DNA from: an uncultured Nitrospiraceae bacterium
Lineage (GTDB): Bacteria > Nitrospirota > Nitrospiria > Nitrospirales > Nitrospiraceae
DNA length: 64,000 nt
Direction of reading: 5' to 3'
Assembly (NCBI GenBank): GCA_963706325.1
Contig: CAVPLT010000001.1
Location: 960,001-1,024,000 of the forward strand
Part shown: piece by piece, positions 45,448 to 56,303 of the stretch
Numbering within the stretch: the stretch's first letter is position 1
Layout: each line of letters starts with the position of its first letter
Notes under the pieces: generated by a model
The model's input: only the letters and a program-made list of their open reading frames with translations
Databases searched by the model: none
Told to the model about the DNA's origin: nothing
Position numbers and translations under genes: made by a program

Positions 45448-46023
45448 TTAATGCTCCTTTTGCGGGAGATTCTTGAATGCGACGTTGAAAAACGCCACAT
45501 TGCGGTGCTGTAGCTCAAGGCGTTTTTCCCGAACGGGAAAGGAGCGGTCGCCGATGGCGAGCAGTTGCTCCTTGTTAAGATGGAGCTGGCGCTTGTCGTA
45601 GACGGCCCATTCAAACTCGCGCGTCATTCCCAAGGCATCTACCGGGCAGGCATCCACGCAGAGGCCACAGAAGAGACAGCGGGTCATATCCATGTAGTAT
45701 TCTTTGGAGTACCGCTTGGTCGGTTCCCCGGGGACTTCAGCGCTGACGACTCGAATCACGCGCGAGGGGCAGGCGGCCTCGCAGAGATCGCAGCCGACAC
45801 ATTTCTCGGTGCCATCGTCGTATCGCAGCAAGGCGAGCATGCCGCGATAGTTATCCGGCAAAATGCGCTTCTCGTGCGGGTACTGCAGGGTGATCGGTTT
45901 GTAGTTAAGCAAATGCGTGAGTGTGGCTTTCATGCCTATGAGGAGTTCGTAGAAGGTCAACGTCTTCAGCCAATCGCTGAGAGATAGTTTTCGTTTCGGT
46001 TGTGCCGAGACGGCGGCGTTCAT
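45448..46023 (-). CDS. nuoI: NADH-quinone oxidoreductase subunit I
   Basis: Two CxxCxxCxxxCP ferredoxin motifs; T.QYP.E. Confidence 0.96.
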   Translation of the reverse strand: MNAAVSAQPKRKLSLSDWLKTLTFYELLIGMKATLTHLLNYKPITLQYPHEKRILPDNYRGMLALLRYDDGTEKCVGCDLCEAACPSRVIRVVSAEVPGEPTKRYSKEYYMDMTRCLFCGLCVDACPVDALGMTREFEWAVYDKRQLHLNKEQLLAIGDRSFPVREKRLELQHRNVAFFNVAFKNLPQKEH

Positions 46024-46032
46024 GTCCCTCCG

Positions 46033-47100
46033 TTACCGAGGAAAGAAATAGGCGGCGATGGCTGTCAGCACGATGTTTCCCAACGCGATGGGTAACATCA
46101 CTTTCCAGCCGAACCGCATCAGTTGGTCATATCGCAAGCGCGGCAGTGTCGCGCGTAACCAGAAAAACAGGAACAGAAAGAAGTACACCTTGACGGCAAA
46201 CCAGACGACGTTTTCCATCCAGGCGATGCGTTCCAGGCCGATGTATTCGAGGATGGTGCCGGGATAGGGCGCGTTCCACCCTCCGAGGAACAGCGCGGCC
46301 GCCACGCAGGAGACCAAAATCATGTTGGCGTATTCCGCGATGAAGAAAAAGGCGAAGCGCATGCCGCTGTACTCGGTGAAGAATCCTGCCACCAGCTCGC
46401 TCTCCGCTTCGGGCAGGTCGAATGGGACACGGTTGGTTTCCGCTACCGCGGAAATGACGTAGACCACGAAGGCGAAAATTTGCGGGAACGGCATGGCCAG
46501 GACGTACCAATTCCAAAACCCGCCGGCCTGCGCCTCCGTGATCTTCACGAGGCTGAGCGAGCCGGAGAGCAGAATGACGCCGACGATCGCGAGTCCGACG
46601 TTCAATTCGTAGCTGATCACCTGCGCGGCGGAACGGAGTCCGCCGAGAAGGGAATACTTACTGTTCGAGGACCAGCCGCCCAGGATGATCCCGAAGGCGC
46701 CGATCGAGGCAAAGGCCAAAATGTAGAGAATCCCGATGTTGATGTCGCTGATGATGAACGGCTTGATCTGCATGCCGAATAGCTCGATGGTCATGCTCGG
46801 ACCAAACGGGATCACCGCAAAGCCGATCATCGCGGGCACGAGCGCCAGGATCGGCGCGAGGGTAAACAGGAACTTGTTGGCTCCGGCCGGGATGATGTCT
46901 TCTTTGAAGAATAATTTGAGACCGTCCGCGATCGGTTGCAGAACGCCATAGGGGCCGACTTCCATCGGGCCCATGCGATCCTGCATCCAGCCGAGAACTT
47001 TCCGCTCGGCGAGGGTGAGGACCATGACGGTCAGCATCACCACCCCCATCACTGCGGCGATTTGAGCCAACGACACCGCCAGTCGCAATCCAATATCCAT
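46033..47100 (-). CDS. nuoH: NADH-quinone oxidoreductase subunit H
   Basis: ERK...[29 protein letters not shown]. Confidence 0.97.
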   Translation of the reverse strand: MDIGLRLAVSLAQIAAVMGVVMLTVMVLTLAERKVLGWMQDRMGPMEVGPYGVLQPIADGLKLFFKEDIIPAGANKFLFTLAPILALVPAMIGFAVIPFGPSMTIELFGMQIKPFIISDINIGILYILAFASIGAFGIILGGWSSNSKYSLLGGLRSAAQVISYELNVGLAIVGVILLSGSLSLVKITEAQAGGFWNWYVLAMPFPQIFAFVVYVISAVAETNRVPFDLPEAESELVAGFFTEYSGMRFAFFFIAEYANMILVSCVAAALFLGGWNAPYPGTILEYIGLERIAWMENVVWFAVKVYFFLFLFFWLRATLPRLRYDQLMRFGWKVMLPIALGNIVLTAIAAYFFPR

Positions 47101-47125
47101 AACGACAATACTCCCTCGTTCTGTC

Positions 47126-49795
47126 TTACGAGACCTTCTCTAACGACACCCGCGCGAGCTTAAAATAGGGGATTTGAGTCTGGGGATCAATCATCCAATC
47201 AGCGAGCTGCTTGGCCTCGCCATCAAAATGTTCCGGGAACCAGACCAAGCCGACGGGCACACGCTCGCGCACCTTTACGGTCGTTGTCATGGCCGCACGT
47301 GGATTCGAAACCCGAACCTGTCCTCCGTCCGTCAGGCCCAATTTGGCGGCATCCACCGGATTGATCGACAGAAAGCCCTCTTGCTGCAATTGGAGAAGTC
47401 CCTTGGAGCGGGTCGACAACTTTCCGGAATGAAACAGTGTCTGGACGAACATAAGGGTGAATTGATCGCTGTCTGTCGAACGCGCCGGTGAGAGGGCATA
47501 ACGAGTCGCCAGATCGTCTGTAAATCCTTTGGTCAGATATTGGGTCAAAATGGGCTGATCCACTTTAGGTGTCGTCGGCGTCGGTCCCAGCAGACTATAA
47601 CCAGGGATAACACTTCGAATCTCTTTCAAGATTTCACGCGCATCTCCGTATTCAAGAGGCGAACCCATCAGCACGGAGATGGCTGAGAGTATTTCCCAAT
47701 CGGGACGGCTGTCGCCCACCGGATCAATCGCTTGGCGGACCGCCTGGACATGTCCTTCGGAGTTCGTAAAGGTTCCGTGTTTCTCCACATACGAAGAGGC
47801 CGGCAGCACCACATGGGCCATTGCTGCGGTTTCGGTGAGGAACAATTCCTGGCAAACCAGCAGCTCCAGCTTCGCGAGGCCTTCCTTGGCTTGGGCTGCG
47901 GCAGGCAGAGTGCCGACGGGGTTTTCTCCAACGATAAACATCGCTTTCATCGCGCTCTTGTTTGCAGCGGCCAGCATGTCGGTCAGCGAGGCGCCGGGAG
48001 TGCGAGGTAATTCCTCCCGCCACACTGTCGCGATGCGGTCGCGGGCGGCCTGGTCGTTGAGAGGCGCAGGACCTGGGAAAAATTCGGCCATCGCGCCCAT
48101 TTCAACAGCGCCTTGATCGTTGTTCTCTTCAGCGAGTGGCCCAAGCCCGCACCCTGGTTTGTCGAGTTTGCCCAGCAGGATCAGCAGATCCAGGAGATTC
48201 GTGAGGATGTCCTGTCCGCCTGGCTGACGCAGCACGCCATTTCCGACCAGGATGACCAACCGCTTCGCCATGGCCAATGTCTGCGCAGTCTCCGCCCACT
48301 GGGATCGTGTCTGACCGGTGGCCGCTTCCAAGGCCTCCCAGGAAGCGCCCGCCACAGCGGAAGTCAGGCGTTGCACAAATTCCGACGCCTGTTGAGACGT
48401 GGTCGCGTCGAACAGGTTCTGTTCGAGGACTGCTTTGATCAATCCGATGACGGTATTCCCGAATTGCGCCGGGTAGGTGAGGAAATGCTGGGCGGCCAAG
48501 TTGACGATATTGCTCAGCGTATCGATTGCCGGTTGCAGGGTTTCGATCGTCACGAGCGTCGCCTGACGTTTTTTGACGGCTTCTTTCACCCTGAGGCCCG
48601 TGACAGGACTCGTCTCGGTAATATTCGTGCCGACCAGGAGCAGAGTGTCGGCGGCGGTAATGTCTTCGAATGCGATGCTCCACCGGTGGGTGCCCTGCAC
48701 CCGTCGCAAGGCCTGCACCCCGCTGATATGTCCATACCGAGCGCTGCTGTCGATGTGATTGGTGCCGATCACCTGGCGCATGAATTTCTGAAACAGATAG
48801 AGGTCTTCGTTGGTGCAGCGAGACGTGATGAGCCCGCCGAACGCATCCGGCCCATGAGATAACTTCAGGCGCAACGCCTGCTCGGCAACATATTCCAGCG
48901 CATCTTCCCAGGTGGCCTCGACCAATGTGCCGTTGCGGCGGATCAGAGGGTGCATGAGACGGTCGGGGTGGGTGGAGACATGGAAGCCGAAAAAGCCGCG
49001 TGCGCAAAGATCGCCGTTGTTCCGGCCCGCTCCATACTGCGAGTTGACCTCGATCAGTTCGTTGCCCTTGGTTTGCACGGTAATCCGGCAGCCGTCCCCG
49101 CAGAAGGTGCAAATGGTTTCGGCCCGCTTGAGCATCCAGGGGCGATATTCGTACATGGACAGGCGGCTCACGATGGCCCCAACGGGACAGATCTGCACGC
49201 AGCCCCCGCAAAATTCGCAGTCGAGCTGATGGGCCGCGAAATGTTTGATCTCGGTCATGGTGCCGCGGCCGACCGGCGCCAGCGCTTTCACGTCCATGAC
49301 TTCGTCGCAATAGCGGACGCAGCGCAAACATTGCACGCAGCGGTTCATCTGCGTTTCTATGAGCGGGCTAAAGTATTCCTTCTGGAAGATGCGCTTGGTC
49401 TCCGTAAATCGGCTTGTCGTCGGGCTGTATTGGTGTGAAAAGTCTTGCAGGTCGCACTTCCCCCCTTGATCGCAGACCGGACAATCGAGCGGATGGTTGG
49501 CCAGGATGAATTCCAGCACTGATTTATGCGCATCGTCGACGACGGTGGTGGCGGTTCGAACGGACATGCCTTCGGCCACCGGCGTACTGCAGGCGGTCTG
49601 GAGTTTCGGCATCTTTTCGACTTCGACGAGGCACATCCGGCAGTTGGCGTCCGGCTTCAGTTTGGGGTGGTAGCAGAAATGCGGAATCATCACGCCCACG
49701 CGCCGGGCCGCTTCTATAACGAGCGTGCCCTTGGGGACCGCAACCGTGGTGCCGTCGATCGTGAGGCGAACTGTTTCTGTCATTGGATCAGCCAT
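47126..49795 (-). CDS. nuoG: NADH-quinone oxidoreductase subunit G (long form, N7 cluster motif present)
   Basis: [33 protein letters not shown] and CTFCGDGC...C. Confidence 0.93.
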   Translation of the reverse strand: MADPMTETVRLTIDGTTVAVPKGTLVIEAARRVGVMIPHFCYHPKLKPDANCRMCLVEVEKMPKLQTACSTPVAEGMSVRTATTVVDDAHKSVLEFILANHPLDCPVCDQGGKCDLQDFSHQYSPTTSRFTETKRIFQKEYFSPLIETQMNRCVQCLRCVRYCDEVMDVKALAPVGRGTMTEIKHFAAHQLDCEFCGGCVQICPVGAIVSRLSMYEYRPWMLKRAETICTFCGDGCRITVQTKGNELIEVNSQYGAGRNNGDLCARGFFGFHVSTHPDRLMHPLIRRNGTLVEATWEDALEYVAEQALRLKLSHGPDAFGGLITSRCTNEDLYLFQKFMRQVIGTNHIDSSARYGHISGVQALRRVQGTHRWSIAFEDITAADTLLLVGTNITETSPVTGLRVKEAVKKRQATLVTIETLQPAIDTLSNIVNLAAQHFLTYPAQFGNTVIGLIKAVLEQNLFDATTSQQASEFVQRLTSAVAGASWEALEAATGQTRSQWAETAQTLAMAKRLVILVGNGVLRQPGGQDILTNLLDLLILLGKLDKPGCGLGPLAEENNDQGAVEMGAMAEFFPGPAPLNDQAARDRIATVWREELPRTPGASLTDMLAAANKSAMKAMFIVGENPVGTLPAAAQAKEGLAKLELLVCQELFLTETAAMAHVVLPASSYVEKHGTFTNSEGHVQAVRQAIDPVGDSRPDWEILSAISVLMGSPLEYGDAREILKEIRSVIPGYSLLGPTPTTPKVDQPILTQYLTKGFTDDLATRYALSPARSTDSDQFTLMFVQTLFHSGKLSTRSKGLLQLQQEGFLSINPVDAAKLGLTDGGQVRVSNPRAAMTTTVKVRERVPVGLVWFPEHFDGEAKQLADWMIDPQTQIPYFKLARVSLEKVS

Positions 49796-49899
49796 AGTCA
49801 GACTACATATCCTGATGTGCCGACGGGTTCATGTGGAAAGCGTGCAACGTGATGGACTCGCGAAGACTCTCCAGCCACATGTCGGCACAAGGCTCCATG

Positions 49900-51207
49900 C
49901 TACGTTCTCGTTCCGACCGGATCAGGTCGTATCAAATTCGCCGCCTCGGCGGCATGAATCAGCGTGACATACTCGTGCCGCCAATGCTTGAGCGTGCTCA
50001 TAATAGGGGACACCTCGGCATCACCGAAGGCGCAGACCGTGCGTCCGGCGATGTTTTTGCACAGGTCGGTCAAAGTTTCCAGGTCCGACATCTGCCCGCG
50101 CTTCTTCACGATCCTGCGCATGATTTGCACGAGCCATGAACTGCCCTCCCGGCAAGGACTGCATTTCCCGCAAGACTCGTGATAGAAAAACTCCATCAGG
50201 CGCAATGCAGCCCATACCATGTCGGTGCCTTCTTCCATGACCGTGACACCGCCTGAGCCCAACATCGATCCAGCCTGCGCCACCGATTCGAAATCCAATT
50301 TGACGTCTAAATGATCAGGGGTCAGAAAAGGCGCGGACGCGCCGCCTGGAATGAAGGCTTTGAGTTTCTTGTCCGATCGCATGCCGCCGGCTTGTTCGTA
50401 AATCAAATCCCGGAAGGTGATCCCCATCGGAACTTCGTAATTGCCCGGCCTGGCCACATGGCCGCTCACGCAGAACACCCGAGTGCCCGTACTCTTCGGC
50501 GGCGAGCCGATCGAGGCGAACCATTCGGCCCCGCGAGTCAAGATATGCGGCAGATTGGCCAGGGTCTCGACGTTGTTCACCACGGTGGGCTTATTATAGA
50601 GCCCGTGCGTGGCGGGGAATGGCGGCTTGACGCGTGGGAGGCCGCGTTTGCCTTCGAGAGACTCAAGGAGGGCCGTTTCCTCGCCGCAAATATAGGCGCC
50701 GGCGCCCCGGTGGACCCAGACATCGATGGTGCTGTTACCGCCGAGAATATTTTTGCCGACATACCCGGCGGCGCGGGCTTCCGCGAGCGCACGTTCAAGG
50801 ATCTTGGCCCCCAGGACAAATTCGCCACGGATATAAATGTAGGAACTAACGGCGCCGATCGCGTAACAAGCGATCACAATGCCCTCGATCAATTGGTGCG
50901 GATCACGCTCGATCAACTGGCGATCTTTAAAGGTGCCGGGCTCGCTCTCATCGGCATTGCAGCAGAGGTAGCGCGGTCCTTTGTAGTCCTTGGGAAGAAA
51001 TCCCCACTTGACTCCGGTGGGGAATCCCGCACCGCCGCGTCCGCGCAACCCCGACTTCATGACCGTGGCCGTCACATCCGCTGGGCTGACCTTCCCGACC
51101 ACTTTCCGTAGCGCCTGGTATCCGCCCGCGCGCTCATATTCGGCCAGTGAGCCCGTATAGCCGGGTTGCAGCATGTTCTTCAGAAGAATCGGTTCGTACG
51201 TCTTCAT
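49900..51207 (-). CDS. nuoF: NADH-quinone oxidoreductase subunit F
   Basis: GRGGAGFPTG.KW, NADESEPG, GAGAYICGEET, ESCGKCSPCREG. Confidence 0.97.
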   Translation of the reverse strand: MKTYEPILLKNMLQPGYTGSLAEYERAGGYQALRKVVGKVSPADVTATVMKSGLRGRGGAGFPTGVKWGFLPKDYKGPRYLCCNADESEPGTFKDRQLIERDPHQLIEGIVIACYAIGAVSSYIYIRGEFVLGAKILERALAEARAAGYVGKNILGGNSTIDVWVHRGAGAYICGEETALLESLEGKRGLPRVKPPFPATHGLYNKPTVVNNVETLANLPHILTRGAEWFASIGSPPKSTGTRVFCVSGHVARPGNYEVPMGITFRDLIYEQAGGMRSDKKLKAFIPGGASAPFLTPDHLDVKLDFESVAQAGSMLGSGGVTVMEEGTDMVWAALRLMEFFYHESCGKCSPCREGSSWLVQIMRRIVKKRGQMSDLETLTDLCKNIAGRTVCAFGDAEVSPIMSTLKHWRHEYVTLIHAAEAANLIRPDPVGTRT

Positions 51208-51299
51208 ACCCTTAATCTCGTGCAGCGCCGCACGTGGAGCGTGAAAGCGCGGGAAGTTCCCTCAGTTCGAATTGCGACCGTCGAAAGACGATTCACGTT

Positions 51300-51836
51300 T
51301 CACGCACCCGGCTTCGCCACGGCCGGTTCCGGCCACATAAAGGGACCGGTCTTCAGCGACGAAGCGCCTGTGTCTCGCAAATCGGCCAGGATGCGATCGA
51401 GTTTGGCCTCGGTCAGCCGTTCGTAGTAATCATCGTTGATCTGCATCATCGGAGCGGTCCCGCAGGCGGCCAAACATTCTACGGCGCTCAACGTGAACAA
51501 TTTGTCTGCCGTCGTCTCGCCTGGTCTGATGCCCAGTTTCGTGCCGATCCAGCCGATGAGGGTATCAGAACCGACGAGCGCGCACATCAGCGATTTGCAG
51601 ACCTGAATGTGAAACGTTCCCACCGGCTTCAGATTCAACATCGTGTAAAACGTGGCTGTCTCATACACCTGCGGCGTGGTCAGCTTCAAGATGCCGGCGA
51701 TTTCCTGCATGGCTGATTCCGTGACATAGCCCTGTTCTCGTTGCGCGAGATATAGCAGGGGCAAAAGCGCCGACCGCCTTACCGGATACCGGCTCAGAAT
51801 ATCGTCGATTTCTGCCTGGTGCGTTTCTTTCAACAT
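51300..51836 (-). CDS. nuoE: NADH-quinone oxidoreductase subunit E
   Basis: ATFY.M, C....C and ECLAAC..AP 2Fe-2S motifs. Confidence 0.96.
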   Translation of the reverse strand: MLKETHQAEIDDILSRYPVRRSALLPLLYLAQREQGYVTESAMQEIAGILKLTTPQVYETATFYTMLNLKPVGTFHIQVCKSLMCALVGSDTLIGWIGTKLGIRPGETTADKLFTLSAVECLAACGTAPMMQINDDYYERLTEAKLDRILADLRDTGASSLKTGPFMWPEPAVAKPGA

Positions 51837-51869
51837 TATCTCTTATCTATGCCCGCTACCAAGATAAGG

Positions 51870-52020
51870 CGTGAGGGCACCATGTTCCAACGTGCGCGCG
51901 TCCGCAAGTAGCCCCGCACAAGCCAAGAAACGCAGGTGTATGGCGCCTCCAAGTGCGCGCATCGAGCGAGCACATTCTGATCGTGCGCGATCTGCGAGCA
52001 AGGAGGCACTATCGACCCTG
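51870..52020. repeat. Intergenic repeat family 2 inside the nuo operon (nuoCD-nuoE gap)
   Basis: TGCGCGCATCGAGCGAG...TTCTGA...GCGCG....GCGAG core shared with 54310-54360; boundaries approximate. Confidence 0.55.
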
Positions 52021-52024
52021 GCGT

Positions 52025-53776
52025 TCATCTATCACATTCTCCCATCACGATGTCGTAGGTCCCGAAGATTGTGATGATGTCCGAGATTAAATACCCGCGG
52101 GCCATGTGGTCGAACGCGCCCATATGAATGAAAGAGGGGGCGCGTATTTTCATTCGGTAGGGCCGAGGGCTTCCGTCACTGACGATGAAGAAGCCGAGCT
52201 CCCCCTTGGGCACTTCCGTGCCGCAATAGGTTTCGCCCTTCGGCGGCTTGAAGCCCTGCGTGAAAATAATGAAGTGGTGAATCAGGCTCTCCATGTCCCG
52301 CATAACCTTGTCCTTGGGCGGGGGAATGACGTGCGGCACATCTGCCATGATCGGCCCCTCCGGCATCTGGTCGAGGCACTGCGCGATGATGCGCGCGCTT
52401 TGCCGAAGCTCTTCCATGCGAACCCAGTAGCGATCGTAGGTATCGCCCTGTTTGCCGACGGGCACTTCCCATTCGACCTTGTCATAGACTCCGTAGGGCT
52501 CGTACTTGCGCACGTCGTAGTCCACGCCGGATCCTCGCAATGTGGGGCCGGTGAGCCCGAAATTGATCGCGTCTTCCGCTGAAATCACCGCCACGTTTCT
52601 CGTTCGTCCCACCCAAATTCGATTGGACATGAGGAGCTGGTTGTACTCGTTGACCTTGTCCGGGAATGTATGCAGAAATGCTTTCAGCCGAGCTACGAGA
52701 TCAGGCGTGAAATCACTGTCCACTCCGCCGATGCGGTAGTAATTCAACGTCAAGCGCGCGCCGCACAGCTTTTCGAACATATCCAGGAGCACTTCGCGCT
52801 CCCGAAAAGTCCAAAAGAACACGGTCATGGCCCCGATGTCGAGGGCCTGCGTGCCGAGCCAGAACAAGTGCCCGACGATCCGTTGCATCTCCGCGACCAG
52901 CGTGCGGACATATTCCGCTCGTTCAGGTACCGTGATATCCAGCAGTTTCTCTACCGTGCGGACGTACGCGTAATTATTCGTCATGGCGCACACATAATCG
53001 AGTCGGTCGGTGTGCGGGATGATCTGCATATAGTGGAGGCCTTCGGCCAGCTTTTCGACTCCCCGGTGCAGATACCCGAGGTCCGGTGTCGCCTTCACGA
53101 TCCGCTCGCCGTCCAATTCCAATACCACTCGGAGCACGCCGTGCGTACTGGGGTGTTGCGGCCCCATGTTCAGCAGCAACTCCTCGCGGCGGCGCGTGCC
53201 TCCTGTCGGTGCGGTCGCAAGGAAGGCCTGTTTCTCTTTGTCGGGAATCTCCCCTTCCGTTTGCTCGGCGGGTGCTTCATCCAGACGCGGAATGAATGGA
53301 AAAGAACTGCGCCAGCCGCGCCCTTCGGTCGGGAAATCTTTCCGAAGCGGATGGCCTTCCTCATAGTCTTCCGGCAACAGGATGCGCCGCAGATCGGGAT
53401 GCCCCACGAAGATAATGCCCATGAGATCGAAAACCTCACGCTCCATGAACTCGGCGCCTTTCCAGATGCCGGTGACGGACGCGATTTCCGGAGCGTCTTC
53501 AGTGACGCGGGCCTTGACCCTGATACGCCGCCGATGCGGCAATGAGAGCAGTTGGTACACGACTTCGAAGCGTTCCGGATCGTCGGGATAATCCACCGCG
53601 CAAATGTCGGTGATATGGTCGAACGACGCTTCAGGCGTCTCGTGAAGCCAGCGCGCAATATCGACGATCCGCGCGGCGGCCACGCGAGCTGTCACCTCAT
53701 TTCGAGCGGTATCCACCTCCACGCCTCGGATGGCGTCGGGAAAGGCGGTCATCAGTCGTTCAAGCAGCGGTTGCAT
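52025..53776 (-). CDS. nuoCD: Fused NADH-quinone oxidoreductase subunit C/D
   Basis: EREVFDLMG and GHPLRKDFP (C); NMGPQHPSTHGVLR, GYLHRG, DRLDY and GECDR (D). Confidence 0.96.
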   Translation of the reverse strand: MQPLLERLMTAFPDAIRGVEVDTARNEVTARVAAARIVDIARWLHETPEASFDHITDICAVDYPDDPERFEVVYQLLSLPHRRRIRVKARVTEDAPEIASVTGIWKGAEFMEREVFDLMGIIFVGHPDLRRILLPEDYEEGHPLRKDFPTEGRGWRSSFPFIPRLDEAPAEQTEGEIPDKEKQAFLATAPTGGTRRREELLLNMGPQHPSTHGVLRVVLELDGERIVKATPDLGYLHRGVEKLAEGLHYMQIIPHTDRLDYVCAMTNNYAYVRTVEKLLDITVPERAEYVRTLVAEMQRIVGHLFWLGTQALDIGAMTVFFWTFREREVLLDMFEKLCGARLTLNYYRIGGVDSDFTPDLVARLKAFLHTFPDKVNEYNQLLMSNRIWVGRTRNVAVISAEDAINFGLTGPTLRGSGVDYDVRKYEPYGVYDKVEWEVPVGKQGDTYDRYWVRMEELRQSARIIAQCLDQMPEGPIMADVPHVIPPPKDKVMRDMESLIHHFIIFTQGFKPPKGETYCGTEVPKGELGFFIVSDGSPRPYRMKIRAPSFIHMGAFDHMARGYLISDIITIFGTYDIVMGECDR

Positions 53777-53786
53777 CGTCCTCGAT

Positions 53787-54266
53787 TTACTTCACGAATA
53801 CTCGCTCGCGCTGGATCTTTTGCTGCAGTTTCAGGAGGCCGTCCAGCAACGCTTCCGGGCGAGGGGGGCAACCGGCAATATACACGTCGACCGGAATGAT
53901 CTGGTCGACTCCCTGGACCACCGCGTAGCTGTTGTAGTGATTGCCGGACGTGGCGCAGGATCCCATGGAGATGACGTAACGCGGCTCCGGCATCTGATCG
54001 TAGATCCGGCGGATGACCGGCGCCATCTTTCGGCAGACGGTTCCCGCTACGATCATCAAGTCTGATTGGCGAGGCGACGCGCGGAAGACACCCGCCCCGA
54101 ACCGGTCGATGTCGTAGCGCGAGGACACGCTCGCGATCATCTCGATGGCGCAACAGGCCAAGCCGAACGTCATGGGCCACAAGGAAGACTTGCGCGCCCA
54201 ACAGACGAGGGCATCGAGATTCGTCGTCATGATGTTGGCATCGAGCTGGCGTTCTAAAAAGCTCAT
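53787..54266 (-). CDS. nuoB: NADH-quinone oxidoreductase subunit B
   Basis: [27 protein letters not shown]. Confidence 0.97.
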   Translation of the reverse strand: MSFLERQLDANIMTTNLDALVCWARKSSLWPMTFGLACCAIEMIASVSSRYDIDRFGAGVFRASPRQSDLMIVAGTVCRKMAPVIRRIYDQMPEPRYVISMGSCATSGNHYNSYAVVQGVDQIIPVDVYIAGCPPRPEALLDGLLKLQQKIQRERVFVK

Positions 54267-54299
54267 AGCCTTTTCCTTTCTCTCCCCAGTTGGAGGGGA

Positions 54300-54435
54300 T
54301 GAGCGGTCTGCCCTTCACTGCGCGCGTCGAACGAGGTCTTCTGAGGCGCGCGTTTCGCGAGGTGCGCGACGCGACGAATAAGGAGCGTCATGTCTGCGCA
54401 CGCCGGCGAGATGGTGAGCCGGCCGTGTCCGATGC
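54300..54435. repeat. Composite intergenic repeat (family 2 core plus structured module) in the nuoA-nuoB gap
   Basis: Family 2 core at about 54310-54360 followed by the module at 54358-54431, homologous to 33874-33947 and 38175-38247. Confidence 0.65.
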
Positions 54436-54462
54436 CGGATACCGCTTCTTCCACGCCCACGC

Positions 54463-54834
54463 TCAGTCCCATTCCAACGCCCCTTTTTTCCAGGCATACC
54501 AGAACCCGACGATCAGAATGGCGATAAACACGCCCATCTCGATCAACCCTACCAACCCCAGCTTCTTGAACGCCACCGCCCAGGGAAACATAAACACGAT
54601 TTCGATGTCGAAAATCACGAAGAGCATCGCAATGATGTAATACCGAATCGGAAACTGCACGCGGGCGTCCGAAAACAACGGGCTGCCGCTCTCGTAGGGC
54701 GCGAGCTTGGCGCGATAGGGGCGGCTCGGCCGGACGATTCTCCCGACCAGCAACTGGATCGCGGCGAAGGCAACGGCGATCACCATAAAGATCAGGATCG
54801 GGATGTAATTCAGCGGAGCTGCTTCGCTACCCAT
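54463..54834 (-). CDS. nuoA: NADH-quinone oxidoreductase subunit A
   Basis: K..PYESG, F..FDIE..F.FPW, Y.WKKGALEW. Confidence 0.97.
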   Translation of the reverse strand: MGSEAAPLNYIPILIFMVIAVAFAAIQLLVGRIVRPSRPYRAKLAPYESGSPLFSDARVQFPIRYYIIAMLFVIFDIEIVFMFPWAVAFKKLGLVGLIEMGVFIAILIVGFWYAWKKGALEWD

Positions 54835-56128
54835 GGCACCCCAGGCGCGAGCGAAAGGTGACGTCTGACATGCTGCCTGTCATGATTCCCATCATTTCTT
54901 GCCGGCTCTCTGCTAGGCCGGCCGATTGCGCGGGCAAAATCGACCCGAAAAACGGCTGAAACTTCAATCCGTCCAGTTCCGGCTTGGCCATGTTCGCATG
55001 CTGGACCAGGACTTTGAAGGTCCGTCCCATGCCTTCCGGTCGTAGGAGGTGAATGGCGGCAAAAAATTCCGGTGATTCCGGCTGGAGCGATTCCAGAAAT
55101 TGCTCGGCGCCCAGGCCGATCAAGAAACTCATTTGATTCGTAAACCCGGTCACGCTCAATCCTGCCGCCTGTCCCACTCTGGCCAAGGCAGTAAAATCCA
55201 CATGCGCGGTCATGTCCTGCTCGCCCACTCGGTCAAACGCATCTTCCGTGGTGGTTTGGTTGTAGTAGCAAAGGAACGTGCCTGTTTTCCGGTCCGGTCC
55301 GTAGAGGTCGTCCGCGGTGTGGCCGTAATCGATGGTCATGACAATGCCGCGATTCATCACCTGCGCTACCTGTTTCATCCAACGAAGCGCGGCCAGGTTG
55401 ATTTCAGTTCGATATGCCTCCGGCAGGGTCATATCAGCTTCTCGCACATAAGCCGCCAACTCGTCGGACAAGGGGCGGTAGACTTCCGTGAATCGATCTT
55501 CACGCCAGTCGACATACATTTCTTGTAGTTTCCCGTCGATCACCGAGATGCGGTGCACGGGAAACGCATCCACCAGTTCATTGGAAAAAAAGAAGCCGGT
55601 AATGCTGTCCGGCGGCAGATCTTCCAGGCGATCGATCCAGGTCACATGGCCGGCTTGTCCAACCCAGGGGGCGAGGTAGTGCTGTTGCAAGGTGCGCATC
55701 GCCGCGCTGCGCTCGATCAAAATGTAACGAAGGCGTCGCCCAAGGTCGGCGGGAGCATCTTGGCAGGAGGCCAAGAAATCTCGCGCGAGCAATCCCTTGC
55801 CAGGTCCCATTTCCACAATCGTGAACGGATCGGGATGGTCGAGAACGGCATCGAGTTGCTGGGCTTGCTTGGCCAGGGCCTGCCCTAGAATCGGGTGCAC
55901 ATCCGAGCTGGTATAGAAGTCGCCCGACCACCCGATGCGTTCCTTGGTGAGGTCGTCGACTGGGCGCACGTAGTAGCCGAATTGCGGATGATACAGGGCG
56001 AGATCCATAAAGCGGGCGAACGAGATCGGACCTGTCCCGGCAATTTCAGCCCTGATCTCCGCCAGAAGTTGTGGATGTCCGGTGCTCAAAGTGACACGAC
56101 CCTTGTCGGTAGTCGAGCTGCGTTTCAA
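54827..56128 (-). CDS. SAM-dependent methyltransferase of the MidA/NDUFAF7 family
   Basis: FM..ALY.P..GYY, GDFYTS, EMGPG.G, NELVDAFP, IDYG, QDMTAHVDF; true start probably near 56089; overlaps the nuoA start. Confidence 0.9.
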   Translation of the reverse strand: MKRSSTTDKGRVTLSTGHPQLLAEIRAEIAGTGPISFARFMDLALYHPQFGYYVRPVDDLTKERIGWSGDFYTSSDVHPILGQALAKQAQQLDAVLDHPDPFTIVEMGPGKGLLARDFLASCQDAPADLGRRLRYILIERSAAMRTLQQHYLAPWVGQAGHVTWIDRLEDLPPDSITGFFFSNELVDAFPVHRISVIDGKLQEMYVDWREDRFTEVYRPLSDELAAYVREADMTLPEAYRTEINLAALRWMKQVAQVMNRGIVMTIDYGHTADDLYGPDRKTGTFLCYYNQTTTEDAFDRVGEQDMTAHVDFTALARVGQAAGLSVTGFTNQMSFLIGLGAEQFLESLQPESPEFFAAIHLLRPEGMGRTFKVLVQHANMAKPELDGLKFQPFFGSILPAQSAGLAESRQEMMGIMTGSMSDVTFRSRLGCHG

Positions 56129-56303
56129 GCGTCGACGCCAGAAACCGCTCTTCTGCCGGATTCTTTAGGGAAAAGAGGGGGTTAGATTATCCGCTGGCTC
56201 AGCGGCAAGTCAAGGCGAAAAGACCCGGAACGAGAGCACAAGATGGAGAGGTAGGCGTGACCAGGAGCCGTAAGTCAGCAGGATCTTCCCGCCTCCTCTC
56301 GGA

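Noticed and set aside
47126..49795. NuoG as a molybdopterin formate dehydrogenase subunit
   Set aside because: No Mo-ligating Cys/Sec motif is evident, and its position between nuoF and nuoH fits a long-form NuoG.
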